Positions 36,454 through 47,771 are shown, numbered from the stretch's first letter. The stretch is 64,000 nucleotides of DNA from an uncultured virus (IMG/VR IMGVR_UViG_3300035501_000482) (IMGVR_UViG_3300035501_000482); one strand, 5' to 3'. Translations and numbers: made by a program. Notes: generated from the sequence alone by a model not told the origin.

Positions 36454-38190
36454 ATGAGCGTAACAAATCCATGGTTAAACCCTTACCAAAGGTCCTATCA
36501 GCAAATCAAAGCTAAGTTGATCAACGGGTTAACCAACTTAAAAGGTTCGGATGGTAATCAATTGATTACCGATGTGAGTGAGGGTAATATATTTATTATC
36601 CTATTGTCTATGTTTGCAGCTATAGCAGAAGTAATCCATTACTACATAGATAATGTAGCAAGGGAGGCTTTCTTCAGTAGTGCTAGAAGGTATGAATCCT
36701 TAGTTAAACATAGTAGATTAGTAGACTACCATATTAAAGCTGCAGTAGCACCAATGGTAGATGTAGTAGTTACTAGACCCTTTACCAGTGATCAGTTTAG
36801 TGCTGAGGTACTGATCACAAAGGGATCCTCATTTACTGATAACTCCGGTAATACCTGGCAATCAACCAAAGATGTTAAGTGGTATGCTAATACTACAGAT
36901 GTAACCATCCCAGTAGCTCAGCATACTCTATATGATGATACTAGAATGATTGGTACGGTGATACCAAACATGAAGGTCAGTGGAGCTACTAGAGCTATAC
37001 AAGTACCATCATTGGGTAATGGAAGTTACTATGAGGAAGGTACAATGAACTTATCCATAGCAGATACAGACTGGGCTTTAGTAGAAACTTTTGCTTTTTC
37101 TGGGCCTTATGATAAAGTATTTAAAGTAGAACCAAGTTCTAATGGGGATGTATTTATTATCTTTGGAGATGGCACCCATGGTGGTATACCAGATCCAGGA
37201 TACCAAATAACCACTTGTAACTATTATATAACTAAGGGAGATGTTTCTAATGTATTAGAAGGTCAGATACAAACATTACCATCAGTTATAACCAATAAGG
37301 TTTCTGATGCTGTATGTACTAATCCATATTCTGCCAGTGGAGGTTCAAAGTATGAGACTTTTGATATGCTTAAGGAACATGTCCCTCTTTTTGTAAGAAC
37401 TCTTGGGGTAGCTATTACAAAGCAAGATTTCGTTGACTTGGCCATGTCGGTACCTGGAGTAAATAAATGTGCAGTAGAATATGAGTGTGGTAGAAAGCTT
37501 AACTTATACATTTCACCAGATAATGGAGAGGTTGCTTCTAGTGCCTTAATAGAGTCAGTATATAATTATATAATGGCAAGATGCACTTTGACTACTTGGT
37601 TAACAGTATATACTGCTGGAGTTACATATATTAACCTTGATATAGAGGTAACTGGTAGGAAGTCATTTTCAGCTGATAGCATACATGATCAGATACTTAC
37701 AGCCTTAAAGGATAAATACTCTATTCAAAATTCATCCATTGGGGGTAGTGTAAGGATCTCAGATATATATGCTTTAATAGATGGGCTATCAATGGTTGAT
37801 TATCTTACTATTAATAATTTCTACTTAAAGCCATGGCCTAAAACCCTATATGGTAATGCTCAACTTATTATTAGTAACTTTATCTTGATTAAAGCTAATG
37901 GTAGTATGGAATATCTAATAGCATTTACTAGTTCTACCGAGTATGAGATTAGGTCTAAGTCTAATGGTTATTATGCAGTTGGAGAAACTGGTAAGAGCCA
38001 AAGGATTGTGGATACGGATAATAACTTTGAGTTTTCACTAGGTATTCAGTCATCAAGTAACTACCAGTCAGGATATAGATACAGTATAACCATATCAGAG
38101 GCTAATAAAGATTATGTAGAACCAGGGTTTAATTTACCGGTATTCAGTAGTGATGATCAACTTACATTAACAGTAAACGAAACTGTATGA
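36454..38190 (+). CDS. baseplate J/gp6-like wedge protein
   Basis: E.F..SARR..S, I.FGDG..G, GG...ET and A.T..D motifs. Confidence 0.88.
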   Translation: MSVTNPWLNPYQRSYQQIKAKLINGLTNLKGSDGNQLITDVSEGNIFIILLSMFAAIAEVIHYYIDNVAREAFFSSARRYESLVKHSRLVDYHIKAAVAPMVDVVVTRPFTSDQFSAEVLITKGSSFTDNSGNTWQSTKDVKWYANTTDVTIPVAQHTLYDDTRMIGTVIPNMKVSGATRAIQVPSLGNGSYYEEGTMNLSIADTDWALVETFAFSGPYDKVFKVEPSSNGDVFIIFGDGTHGGIPDPGYQITTCNYYITKGDVSNVLEGQIQTLPSVITNKVSDAVCTNPYSASGGSKYETFDMLKEHVPLFVRTLGVAITKQDFVDLAMSVPGVNKCAVEYECGRKLNLYISPDNGEVASSALIESVYNYIMARCTLTTWLTVYTAGVTYINLDIEVTGRKSFSADSIHDQILTALKDKYSIQNSSIGGSVRISDIYALIDGLSMVDYLTINNFYLKPWPKTLYGNAQLIISNFILIKANGSMEYLIAFTSSTEYEIRSKSNGYYAVGETGKSQRIVDTDNNFEFSLGIQSSSNYQSGYRYSITISEANKDYVEPGFNLPVFSSDDQLTLTVNETV

Positions 38191-40982
38191 TTAATCTTAA
38201 AAGTTTAATAAGCTTATTACCAAGCCAATATAAGGAGAATGATACTTATAAAGTGGATGGTAAAGGCATCTTAGAACGCTTTCTAGATATCTGTGGATAT
38301 TATTTAGCTGATATTACTCTTCCAGATATTGAAAGTGAACTAGAATTAATAGATATAAATAATGTCCCACTTATATACTTAAACTACCTGTGGGAATTTC
38401 TTGGAGAGATACCATTTGCTACTGGCCCATCCATAGATAAAAGTAAATTCGAAAAGTACTATGATGGGTTGAAAACTAAGGATGAGCTAATAGCTTTATC
38501 AAAAGTATGGACTCTAGAGAAGGGTGGTCCAGTAGTATTGGATGAAGCCAGGGTGAGGGCTATACTTAAGTATGCCATTACCTTAACTAAGATAAGAGGA
38601 TCCAGAAAGTTCTTTGAAACTCTACTTGGATTATATGGATTTAATTGTACAATAGAAGATCCAGTTAGTAATGGGTATAATGCTTGGGTAGAATCTGATC
38701 CTTTATATGATTCAGAGTATTATAAAGCTGATAGTGCTAAATTTGATGAGGATCCAAGGTGTGAACAGTGTATAACTGTAGACGTTGATATATCCAGTGT
38801 AGTAGGGTATATGAGTAAGGATAGTGCTTATTTTTGTGATTCTAAAGCTATAGTATTCTCAACTAAGTATGAGGGCCTCCTTAATCTATATGAGGGATTA
38901 GCTGCTTATGAGAAAACAAAGGGTGGTACTATAGAACTAAGTTCTGATCAAAGTACTTACATTTCCGAGAATGAGGAAGCCATATTTTCTGATAGTCTAC
39001 CAGCTTCCCTATCTGATTTTCTTACTTTCAGAAGTATGATGGAAACTTTCTTTGATAGATACTTACCTATTAATGTAAAGGCTCATATAACTTATGAGGG
39101 TAAGGAGGTTGATGATGGTATAACTATTAATGTAACCCAGGATAACCCAATAACTATTAGGCAGATTAACCCATTAGAAACCAGTGACTCTGATGAGTAT
39201 GATCAGCCAATACCAAACACCCTAATATTACCAAAGCTTACTAAATTAATATATACTGTAAGTATTACTAGTTACTGGTCAGGAACAGATACTAGATGGC
39301 AAGTAAGTGGTGATGGTGGAGTTAACTGGGGAGAGCCACATGATATAAATGATAAGCTAGAGATATATGTACCTGGTACTTACCTAGTACGAGATATCAA
39401 TGGTATAGTAAGTCAGGAGATAATAGTTACATTATCAACATATATGACCTGGTATAGTTTAGAGGGATTCGATAATATCCTAGAGAATAACCCAATTATA
39501 CCCAATGGATCAGTAATAAACTTGGAGGATTATCCGAATTACTACTTTGAGTTGAACTTAGAGGGCTATAAGTACATTAAATTACAGGAAGAGAATACCA
39601 AGGCTAGACTTATACCCTACAGTAAGAAGGAATATATTGACCCAGTAATTATCAATGGTTCATATAAAGCCATCCTTAGCACACACCCATTAGTATATTC
39701 TTTTGACAGTGACTGTATTGATCAATACCTTGGTACTCAAGAGATAAGATTCCGTTTACCAAATACTAATAAATACTATTGGTTTATTCTCAAGGGTTTG
39801 ATAGAGTATGTAAATAGTAATACTGTTTCTTATGAAATAATAAAGAAGGAGATTTTCTCAACATCCAGGGATAGTATTAAGTATACATTAAAATTTGTGG
39901 TTAATACTAACTTGAGTGATGGATACAAGTATCTAAGGGTATTACCTAGCTTTGTAGATCTATACCAAGGCCTAGAGAGCTATACCCTATATTTTTGGAG
40001 ACAGAATATATTTTCAGAGTATAAGTTCTCAGTAAAGTTTGGTATACAGAAGATAATAAGAAGCAATGATAAAACTTGGAATCAACGAGCTAATCGTATA
40101 AGATTAGATATAGATGGTATAGAGGTAGTTGATGATTATAAGTCAGTTGGCAATTATAGTGACTTACATGGCTCTTTAGTAACTTCTTCTAACCGGAGGG
40201 TTTCGAAAAAAGGCACAATGATCCCAATAGCTTATTCATTAATAGGTAGTGATTTATCCTCACTTAGTGAGGATGATCTTGGACTTGACCTATATATAGA
40301 TGGTATAGAGACTGAAGGTATAGAGAATGCAGCTAATAATGAAGATCTTACTTACTATATAGAGGAAGAAGGTACTTATAAGTTTGTTAGTAGACTAGAT
40401 AAGAATTTATATATAGAGCTTAAGATGACCTATGATGGAGAAGTATCTGATTCAACCCTAGATAAATATCCTATAATTCTTGATCCTGAAAGCCCGAGTT
40501 TAGAGGATGATAATACAGATACTAGTACTGATAATACTGATGAAGTAGTAGAGGAGGACTTGAATCTGTACTTATATATTAGGCCGCAGTATACCTACAA
40601 TGAAGATACTCAGTCCATGGAATATGATCAAACCATGTGGGTAACTAAGTTTACTAATGCTATCAAGTTTATAGAAATTGTTATAGCTAGTGGTAGTGCT
40701 AAATTCCAACTACTATTCGGTAATGGTACTAAGTTCTTTGATAATACTAAGATCCAGATTTTTAATGAGGCTGGAGAATTAGTAACCTATTATGACCCAG
40801 ATGATGAGCTACAGGAAGGTACCCAAACTTACTATACTAACTCAAGTGAAGAGCCAATTATATGGCTTAAAGAACCTGGCAAGTATACCTTCAAGGTAGT
40901 TGATATACCAGAATTGCCAAGTGAATACAAGAATATTACTTGGTATGTTAAGACTCCAAACTTAAACATTAAAGAAAGCTAA
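38187..40982 (+). CDS. baseplate I-like protein with long C-terminal extension
   Basis: LP..YK..D, L.RFL, R..LK.A..L.KIRGS, F..YLP motifs. Confidence 0.7.
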   Translation: MINLKSLISLLPSQYKENDTYKVDGKGILERFLDICGYYLADITLPDIESELELIDINNVPLIYLNYLWEFLGEIPFATGPSIDKSKFEKYYDGLKTKDELIALSKVWTLEKGGPVVLDEARVRAILKYAITLTKIRGSRKFFETLLGLYGFNCTIEDPVSNGYNAWVESDPLYDSEYYKADSAKFDEDPRCEQCITVDVDISSVVGYMSKDSAYFCDSKAIVFSTKYEGLLNLYEGLAAYEKTKGGTIELSSDQSTYISENEEAIFSDSLPASLSDFLTFRSMMETFFDRYLPINVKAHITYEGKEVDDGITINVTQDNPITIRQINPLETSDSDEYDQPIPNTLILPKLTKLIYTVSITSYWSGTDTRWQVSGDGGVNWGEPHDINDKLEIYVPGTYLVRDINGIVSQEIIVTLSTYMTWYSLEGFDNILENNPIIPNGSVINLEDYPNYYFELNLEGYKYIKLQEENTKARLIPYSKKEYIDPVIINGSYKAILSTHPLVYSFDSDCIDQYLGTQEIRFRLPNTNKYYWFILKGLIEYVNSNTVSYEIIKKEIFSTSRDSIKYTLKFVVNTNLSDGYKYLRVLPSFVDLYQGLESYTLYFWRQNIFSEYKFSVKFGIQKIIRSNDKTWNQRANRIRLDIDGIEVVDDYKSVGNYSDLHGSLVTSSNRRVSKKGTMIPIAYSLIGSDLSSLSEDDLGLDLYIDGIETEGIENAANNEDLTYYIEEEGTYKFVSRLDKNLYIELKMTYDGEVSDSTLDKYPIILDPESPSLEDDNTDTSTDNTDEVVEEDLNLYLYIRPQYTYNEDTQSMEYDQTMWVTKFTNAIKFIEIVIASGSAKFQLLFGNGTKFFDNTKIQIFNEAGELVTYYDPDDELQEGTQTYYTNSSEEPIIWLKEPGKYTFKVVDIPELPSEYKNITWYVKTPNLNIKES

Positions 40983-40984
40983 AT

Positions 40985-41956
40985 ATGAAAACCTATTTTA
41001 ATTATAATTCAGTAATAAAGTCAAAAGAAGCAGCTGAAGCGGTATCAATAACAAGAGGTGTAGGGCCCATTATTGGTTTTGGTAGAGCGGAGATAGATAC
41101 AAACAATGGTTATATAACTCTGTACTCTTTACCCGCCTCTAGCGACCCAATGTATAATACCATGGTTGGTAAACATAAAAGATGGAATATTGGTAGAGCT
41201 AAAGATGACTCAGAAAAAGCTCAAATAAACTTTGCAGGCATTGCTAAAGATGGTACATTGTTTACTAGGGATGATGAATCTATACAGATTAATATTGAGG
41301 GTACCAACAGTTACAACGAAGTATTGGTATTTTCATATCATGTACCAAGTACTGAACCAGTAGATAATAGGGTAAGGTTAATGGCTTTTTACTCTGAAGC
41401 AGACTTTAGTTTCTATGACCTTTATAAGAAATCAATAGATCCATATTACCCAACTCCTGAAGGCTCAAGAACTATAGATTTTGAATCCAATATCACAAGT
41501 GATTCATTTGGTGATTTACTTAATAATGTAAAGAAAGCTTGTAGCTACTATGTAGAAAATGAAGAAACACTATCTCTAATAGGTATATATGGTACAGGTA
41601 CTAATGAGGCTACTGGAGAAGTTGATGAATCATTTGCTATTGTACCATGGGATGGAGAATATCCTGCAATGACTCCTTACACCGTTGGTATACAAAATCT
41701 ATTGATACAATCCATTCGTAGGATTGAGAAGTTCTTGGGTACCAATGATGAAACCATAGATACAATATATACTTTACTGGATAACCTAGAAGCTAGTATA
41801 AAGGAAGATTATGAGGCAAAGCTAGAAGGAGTATCAGCTCCTACAGGTGCAATAATATTATGGCCATCAGATGAAGACACTCCAGATGGTTGGGTTAAAT
41901 ATTCTGGAATATCAGCCCCGACTGGATTAACTTACCTAATAAAGGTCTCACAGTAA
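40985..41956 (+). CDS. tail fibre/collar-related protein
   Basis: C-terminal P.GAII.W.....P.GW collar-like motif. Confidence 0.55.
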   Translation: MKTYFNYNSVIKSKEAAEAVSITRGVGPIIGFGRAEIDTNNGYITLYSLPASSDPMYNTMVGKHKRWNIGRAKDDSEKAQINFAGIAKDGTLFTRDDESIQINIEGTNSYNEVLVFSYHVPSTEPVDNRVRLMAFYSEADFSFYDLYKKSIDPYYPTPEGSRTIDFESNITSDSFGDLLNNVKKACSYYVENEETLSLIGIYGTGTNEATGEVDESFAIVPWDGEYPAMTPYTVGIQNLLIQSIRRIEKFLGTNDETIDTIYTLLDNLEASIKEDYEAKLEGVSAPTGAIILWPSDEDTPDGWVKYSGISAPTGLTYLIKVSQ

Positions 41957-41987
41957 CCATAGTTTTTATTTTAGGGGTTGTCGTTTT

Positions 41988-42030
41988 AACACGACGGAGC
42001 CGGGATCAAAAGTCCCGGCTTTTCCGTGTT
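41988..42030. terminator. terminator between convergent genes
   Basis: AGCCGGGAT / GTCCCGGCT stem plus TTTT; outer AACACG / CGTGTT pairing. Confidence 0.75.
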
Positions 42031-42031
42031 A

Positions 42032-42703
42032 TTATAAGGTAAGTTCTACCCTTGCTCTATCAATCCAGTATGCAACATCAGATCTAAGATCCCTTATATA
42101 TTTCTCCCATTTAGCAGTAGCCGGTAAATCAAAGAACTCTCTAAGCATTATATTAGTTATTCTATTACCATCTTTATAACCTGGATATTCTCTTATAAAT
42201 GGTGGAGGAGTATACAGAGCTTCAAATATAAGTATACCATCTCCAGATAACTTACTCTTCATATAATCATATATCTTATTGAACATCTCAGTTTGGGTAA
42301 TCTCCAGATCTTCCTCAGCAAATCCCTTATCCTCATTTGAATCCTCAAATAATTCTTCAAATGATTTTAATGATTGGTTGAACATAGCTCTTTCAGTATA
42401 AGCAGAATGTAATAGATGATTCTTAAATAGCGATAGACCTCCTAATACCCTGGCTTTTAAATGTTCTTCACTGCAAGTACCATAGTATTTGTTGAAGATG
42501 TAAAGCATCTTATCCCAGAAATATGATTCTATAATATCCCGGGTTACGTTAAACCTTGCTGGATCTATTTGTCTTGCCAGTCGTTTAATTACTGGCTTTG
42601 AGATTTTGTATAGATAGTTGAACTGGTCAACATCATATACATCTTGCATTGGTTTGAGCCTATGTAGTTCAGAACCGTTGTTGTTTTCTTTAGTTGTTGC
42701 CAT
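42032..42703 (-). CDS. putative phage sigma-factor-like transcription factor
   Basis: Region-2-like helical pattern (F..LY....P.I..LA); sole minus-strand gene between late and replication operons; own host-type promoter. Confidence 0.45.
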   Translation of the reverse strand: MATTKENNNGSELHRLKPMQDVYDVDQFNYLYKISKPVIKRLARQIDPARFNVTRDIIESYFWDKMLYIFNKYYGTCSEEHLKARVLGGLSLFKNHLLHSAYTERAMFNQSLKSFEELFEDSNEDKGFAEEDLEITQTEMFNKIYDYMKSKLSGDGILIFEALYTPPPFIREYPGYKDGNRITNIMLREFFDLPATAKWEKYIRDLRSDVAYWIDRARVELTL

Positions 42704-42729
42704 ACATATATTATGTTTTAAATTTTATG

Positions 42730-42737
42730 CAAATATA
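42730..42737 (-). promoter_or_regulatory. Bacteroidota -7 promoter element TATATTTG
   Basis: Reverse complement of CAAATATA, just upstream of the ATG at 42703. Confidence 0.65.
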
Positions 42738-42787
42738 CTACATTATTTTATAATATAAAAATATTTAGAACTAAACTTCACCTAGTA

Positions 42788-42813
42788 GCTGAGGTTATAG
42801 ATTCTAGTATATA
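42788..42813 (+). promoter_or_regulatory. putative phage-specific motif GCTGAGGTT-N10-GTATATA
   Basis: Second copy of the 3202-3227 motif; upstream of the helicase operon. Confidence 0.5.
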
Positions 42814-42866
42814 GTGGTGAGGCATCTTGTTATATTGGGATAACTATACTTATTTACACTAGAACT

Positions 42867-44321
42867 ATGATTTTTCAACATAAGAATAAGTTAGATAAGA
42901 TGACGAACAAAATTAAGTTTGGATTTACGGTAGAGTTCCAACTAGAGACGTTAAGGTTCTTTATTCAGGATAAAGAAAGTATCCTGGTAATAAAAAGAGT
43001 AAAGCCAAGTTACTACACTCTAATAGAACATTCTCTAATAATGGAATCATTGGTGAAGTTTGTCAAAAAGAAGGGCAAGGTACCATCAATAAATATATTA
43101 AAGGAAGTAATTAAGGAAATGCTTAATCATAAGCATTATGTTGATCTAGTATTAGCTGATGATATTCCTAATATATTTAAGATTGTTAGTGAGTTATACT
43201 CTACACCATTAAAGGATAGGGATTATATAAAGGAGAAGATCTATGAGTTTTCAACTTATGTAGAGATGAAGAATCTTAATGAATCTTTCGATCTACAAGA
43301 TTTTGAACAATATGGAGAATATAGTAGAAAGGTAGATAAAATCCTCCGTAATTCCAAACCTAAGGTAGAGGAGGAGCCAATAAGATTTATCAGGGATATA
43401 ACTGAAAGACAGTTTAAAAGAAGGCTGGATCCAGATGTGATACCATCCCCATTTAGACAATTGAATGATCTGACCAATGCTGGAGGGTTCCCATCGGGTT
43501 CAGTACTAGTATTACTAGATAAACCTAAAGCAAAGAAAACCTTCTTCCTTATAAACATAGCAAGAGGTTATTTAAGAATGAAGAAATCTGTACTTTATAT
43601 AGATACTGAGAATGGTAAAGAACAGATTATGGATAGATTCACTCAGAGTTCACTTAATATTACTAAAAAGGAATTGTATAGTGGAGACTTCGATAAGAAA
43701 GAATCAGGTCATGTTAGAAAATTACATAGGTTTGGAATTGAATTCGTGGTTGATAGGGTACCAGCATTAATAACAGACTGTAACTATATTCGTGATGAGA
43801 TTAATAAGTTGCGTGCTAACGGAGTTGATATTAAGGTACTTATAGTTGATTATGGAGCAAAGCTTGCATCAATTAATAAAGATAAAGATGACTTTGAGAG
43901 AATATCTAATGTATATGTAGATCTCCAGAATTTAGCAGATGAGATGAACTTAGACTGTATATGGACGGCTAATCATATTACTAGAGAAGGGTCTAAACAT
44001 AGGGAGACCAAATATGAAGAGACTGATATATCAGGATCTATCAGTATAGTAAGAAATGCTCAGGGTATATATGGTTTAAATGCAACCGCTCAGGAGGAAG
44101 CAGATGGTATACAAAGATTAGAAATATGTTGTCAACGAGATGGTAAATTCTCTGGTAGAGCAGTATTTAAAGTTGATGTTGAAAGACAACGTGCAATAGA
44201 ATTAACCAGAGAACAAAGAATTTCATACGATCAAGTATATGGTAATAAGTTAGATCAATCACTAGAAAAGAAACAAAACAAGCCAGATATTGAAAAAGCT
44301 AAATCAGTAGCTGATATATAA
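42867..44321 (+). CDS. DnaB-like replicative helicase (start may be 42900)
   Basis: LYIDTE, VLIVDY, WTANH and QRDG SF4 motifs; variant P-loop DKPKAKKT. Confidence 0.85.
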   Translation: MIFQHKNKLDKMTNKIKFGFTVEFQLETLRFFIQDKESILVIKRVKPSYYTLIEHSLIMESLVKFVKKKGKVPSINILKEVIKEMLNHKHYVDLVLADDIPNIFKIVSELYSTPLKDRDYIKEKIYEFSTYVEMKNLNESFDLQDFEQYGEYSRKVDKILRNSKPKVEEEPIRFIRDITERQFKRRLDPDVIPSPFRQLNDLTNAGGFPSGSVLVLLDKPKAKKTFFLINIARGYLRMKKSVLYIDTENGKEQIMDRFTQSSLNITKKELYSGDFDKKESGHVRKLHRFGIEFVVDRVPALITDCNYIRDEINKLRANGVDIKVLIVDYGAKLASINKDKDDFERISNVYVDLQNLADEMNLDCIWTANHITREGSKHRETKYEETDISGSISIVRNAQGIYGLNATAQEEADGIQRLEICCQRDGKFSGRAVFKVDVERQRAIELTREQRISYDQVYGNKLDQSLEKKQNKPDIEKAKSVADI

Positions 44322-44322
44322 A

Positions 44323-45300
44323 ATGAAAGTAACAAATATTTTTAAATCCAAGATCAAGTCCTACTTAGTCAACCGACTAAGTGGGTTTGATTATAGGGAT
44401 GGGTGGATGAGATTACCCATTTGCCCATATTGTCACCGAGAAAATAAAATGGGTATAAACCTATCATTAAATAGGTGTAATTGTTTTAGATGTGGAGAAC
44501 ATCCAACTCCAGTACAGTTAATAATGGATGTTGAACAACTGGATAATTATTCTGAAGTAGTCCAGTTACTGAATAATGGTAATTTCAATAATATAACTTT
44601 TAAAGAAGAAAAGGTAGAACTGGCAGAAACTAGGCCAGTGTATCTTCCAGAGAATTATAAGAATATATCATTTGGTGACTCACAAATAGCTAAATCTATG
44701 CGTAACTACTTAATTAAAAGGGGGTTTTCAATAGACTATGCTTCAAGATTAGGTATTGGTTATTGTGATTCTGGGGATAAGTTTGGTTATATTATAATAC
44801 CATATTACCATCATGGAGAATTAAGGTATTATAATGCAAGAAGAGTTTTAGGTAATGGGCCACGTTATAATAACCCTAGTAAAGATATAACTGGTATAGG
44901 TAAGGAATTTATTATATTTAACCAAGACGCTCTAGAAATGTACCAACAGATATTTGTATGTGAAGGTGCATTTAATGCTTTAACAATGGGTGAAAGAGGG
45001 ATTGCTACTATGGGAAAAGCAGTAAGTAGGTATCAAATAAATCTAATGCTAAAATCACCAGTTAAAAGGTTTATCATACTATTGGATCCAGATGCAAAAT
45101 TAAAAGCCATAGAATTAGCTATGAACTTAGTAAGGTTCAAGAAGGTAAAGGTTATATTTCTCCCAGATGGTAAAGATGTAAATGACATAGGTAGACGTAA
45201 CACAATGAAACTGATCTATTCTAACAGATATCTATCATATAAAGAATTAAATATATTAAAGAACAGGTATGAAAAGGAATCCATCAATACATATAACTAA
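44323..45300 (+). CDS. DNA primase (Zn finger plus TOPRIM)
   Basis: CPYC...CFRC, VCEGAFNA, LLDPDA, KDVND. Confidence 0.9.
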   Translation: MKVTNIFKSKIKSYLVNRLSGFDYRDGWMRLPICPYCHRENKMGINLSLNRCNCFRCGEHPTPVQLIMDVEQLDNYSEVVQLLNNGNFNNITFKEEKVELAETRPVYLPENYKNISFGDSQIAKSMRNYLIKRGFSIDYASRLGIGYCDSGDKFGYIIIPYYHHGELRYYNARRVLGNGPRYNNPSKDITGIGKEFIIFNQDALEMYQQIFVCEGAFNALTMGERGIATMGKAVSRYQINLMLKSPVKRFIILLDPDAKLKAIELAMNLVRFKKVKVIFLPDGKDVNDIGRRNTMKLIYSNRYLSYKELNILKNRYEKESINTYN

Positions 45301-46108
45301 AGAAAAGTTTGAGGAGATATTAGGTATACTAGATGTACCTTATTTTCCTGTTGAGGCTTTTTTCACTCTGGCAAGGAGGGATTCGGTTAATTCTAGAGCT
45401 ATTTTAGTTAAAGATAAAAAAACTAATAAGAAAGCAACTAATATTACTCTAGCAAGCAAAGGAGATGCCTCCTTAGTTGCAGATATTATATATGCAACGA
45501 GAATCAAATTACATCATCAAGGAGTAAGAAAAATAATAGAAGGCTCGGCAGATTGGGCTGGATGTAAAAAGCTTGCTGAAATATGCAATGAATTTACTGA
45601 GGGTTTTGAATTTGAGTCAGAGAGAGCTGGGTTTATTAAATATATTGAGATTGGTATTAGACGTTGTAATGGTAATAATCGTAACCTAATCAATAGATTA
45701 ATATCAATGTCTGAGAATATATTTACTGAGTATGGTAATACCAAGTATATGGAAGTATACTTATCAGATAGGATACATAAACAGGATGTTAAACTGATAC
45801 ATGATTATTATATTCAGTATATAGCTAGTAATACTGGTATATATGAAAATTTAGAGGATCCAGATAAGTATATACATTTCTGTCATGTACATGAGTTATT
45901 AAGCGAACATGACTGGGATTATAAGGAATACATAGATGCTCAATTCGATGCCTTATCATTTTGTAATGGTATTCCAGCTATCGATCAATTATATGGTAGC
46001 AAAGCCATTGAAAGGTATAATAAATATCTATATAAACAAAACCACATAGATAAACCAATCGATTTCACTAAACAAGTTGATGGGTCATTATGGAATAAAA
46101 TAAAGTAA
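45269..46108 (+). CDS. hypothetical replication-region protein
   Basis: Intact 279-aa ORF overlapping the primase gene. Confidence 0.7.
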   Translation: MKRNPSIHITKEKFEEILGILDVPYFPVEAFFTLARRDSVNSRAILVKDKKTNKKATNITLASKGDASLVADIIYATRIKLHHQGVRKIIEGSADWAGCKKLAEICNEFTEGFEFESERAGFIKYIEIGIRRCNGNNRNLINRLISMSENIFTEYGNTKYMEVYLSDRIHKQDVKLIHDYYIQYIASNTGIYENLEDPDKYIHFCHVHELLSEHDWDYKEYIDAQFDALSFCNGIPAIDQLYGSKAIERYNKYLYKQNHIDKPIDFTKQVDGSLWNKIK

Positions 46109-46112
46109 TAAC

Positions 46113-47570
46113 ATGGGAAAGATAATCATTAAGAATTGTAATCAGTGTGAATTGGATATTCCACTTAGAGAAGCACAACAGTTGTACAGAGAGTATCAAA
46201 TAAGACATCCTAATGCCTTTTTCCTTATGAGGAAAATGAGAGACTGGGATGGTAATATAAAATTCATATCTAAGACTGGTACTTTTAAAATAGGACTACT
46301 ACCTTCAGTATTAAAATCCTGTAATGATATGGGATTAGAAGTTGATGTAGTAGATAATAGAAAACCAGTACCAGTAGTGGATAAACCAGTTACTTCTATC
46401 GGAGATTTTAAATTAAGACCAGAACAGGTAGCTGCAGTAAATAGCGTACTACATAATAAAGCTGGTAATGCAAATTTCCATATAGGTGTTATAGATTATA
46501 CAGTAAATGCTGGTAAGTCTGCAATTATGTCAGCTCTCTATTATTCATTCAAGAAGCAATTAAAAACTCTTCTAATAACCCAGGATGCAGACTGGTTAAA
46601 CCAAGCAAAGGAAGAGTTTAAACAATATTTACCAGGAGAAGAAATAACTTTTGTTCAGGGTAGTAAAGTAACAAACTGGGCAAATTTTTCTATTGGTATG
46701 GTTCAATCAATATCCAGAAATATAAAAACCTATCAACGTGAATTATCACAAATAGATATGGTATTAGTGGATGAAGCAGATCAAGCTGGTAGTAAAACTT
46801 ATACTTCTGTATTAACCCATTTATATAATACTAGGGTAAGAATTGGGTTATCTGGTACAATATACATGAGTAAACTTGCGAAGGATAGATTAAAGAATAT
46901 AACTCTAGAGAGTTACTTCGGACCAAGGATAGCAGAGTTCAGATTGGTTGAGTCTATTAAGAGGGGGTACTCTACTGATACCATAGTTAAGATGATATAC
47001 ACAGATAAGTATTATTGTAATTTTATGTCTGAAAGTACTTCTTATAAGGATATTTATGATGATACCATAACCAATAATATATTGTCTCCTAAAACAGTAC
47101 TCGATAGATTAAAATTCAATATGCAATATAACAGGCTTCCAGCTCTCATAGTTTGCAAATATGTTAACCACTGTGAAAACATATATAAGTATTTGAAAGA
47201 AACTCTAGACGCAAATATAAAAATTGCTAAGGTTCATGTAGAAACTCCAGCAAAAGAAAGAATATCAATAATGAAAGCTTTTAGAGAAGGAAAAGTGGAT
47301 GTATTAGTATCAACTACTATCATTGCAAGAGGTAAAAATTTTCCATTACTTAAATTACTTATAAATACTGCTAGTATGACCTCCCAGGAAAAGTCAATTC
47401 AATTTCTTGGTAGATTAGTAAGAAAAAGTGATACCAAGAATAAGGTATACCTTGATGATATTATATACCCTGGTAAATATTTATTCAGGGCTGGGCAATT
47501 AAGAAGAAGGTATTATAAAAGTGAGGGATTAAAGGTATTAGATATTAAAGGGGATGTTAAAGAAAGTTAA
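46113..47570 (+). CDS. superfamily 2 helicase (UvsW-like)
   Basis: NAGKS, DEAD, GLSGT, Q.LGR..R. Confidence 0.9.
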   Translation: MGKIIIKNCNQCELDIPLREAQQLYREYQIRHPNAFFLMRKMRDWDGNIKFISKTGTFKIGLLPSVLKSCNDMGLEVDVVDNRKPVPVVDKPVTSIGDFKLRPEQVAAVNSVLHNKAGNANFHIGVIDYTVNAGKSAIMSALYYSFKKQLKTLLITQDADWLNQAKEEFKQYLPGEEITFVQGSKVTNWANFSIGMVQSISRNIKTYQRELSQIDMVLVDEADQAGSKTYTSVLTHLYNTRVRIGLSGTIYMSKLAKDRLKNITLESYFGPRIAEFRLVESIKRGYSTDTIVKMIYTDKYYCNFMSESTSYKDIYDDTITNNILSPKTVLDRLKFNMQYNRLPALIVCKYVNHCENIYKYLKETLDANIKIAKVHVETPAKERISIMKAFREGKVDVLVSTTIIARGKNFPLLKLLINTASMTSQEKSIQFLGRLVRKSDTKNKVYLDDIIYPGKYLFRAGQLRRRYYKSEGLKVLDIKGDVKES

Positions 47571-47771
47571 AGTTAGATATAATTAAATTTGTGACTCTAT
47601 ATGGAAACGATCATTTTTTCAACACGTGTTCAAAATCTAGAATCAAATCACCATACCGTCAGTTTTTTCCAAAGTACTAGAGTTAAAAGAAACTCCAGAA
47701 TAACTCTATACAATAATCCTTCCAAAGAGATAAAGTATAATCCTATTAGAATAATACTCTTCTACTTTACT

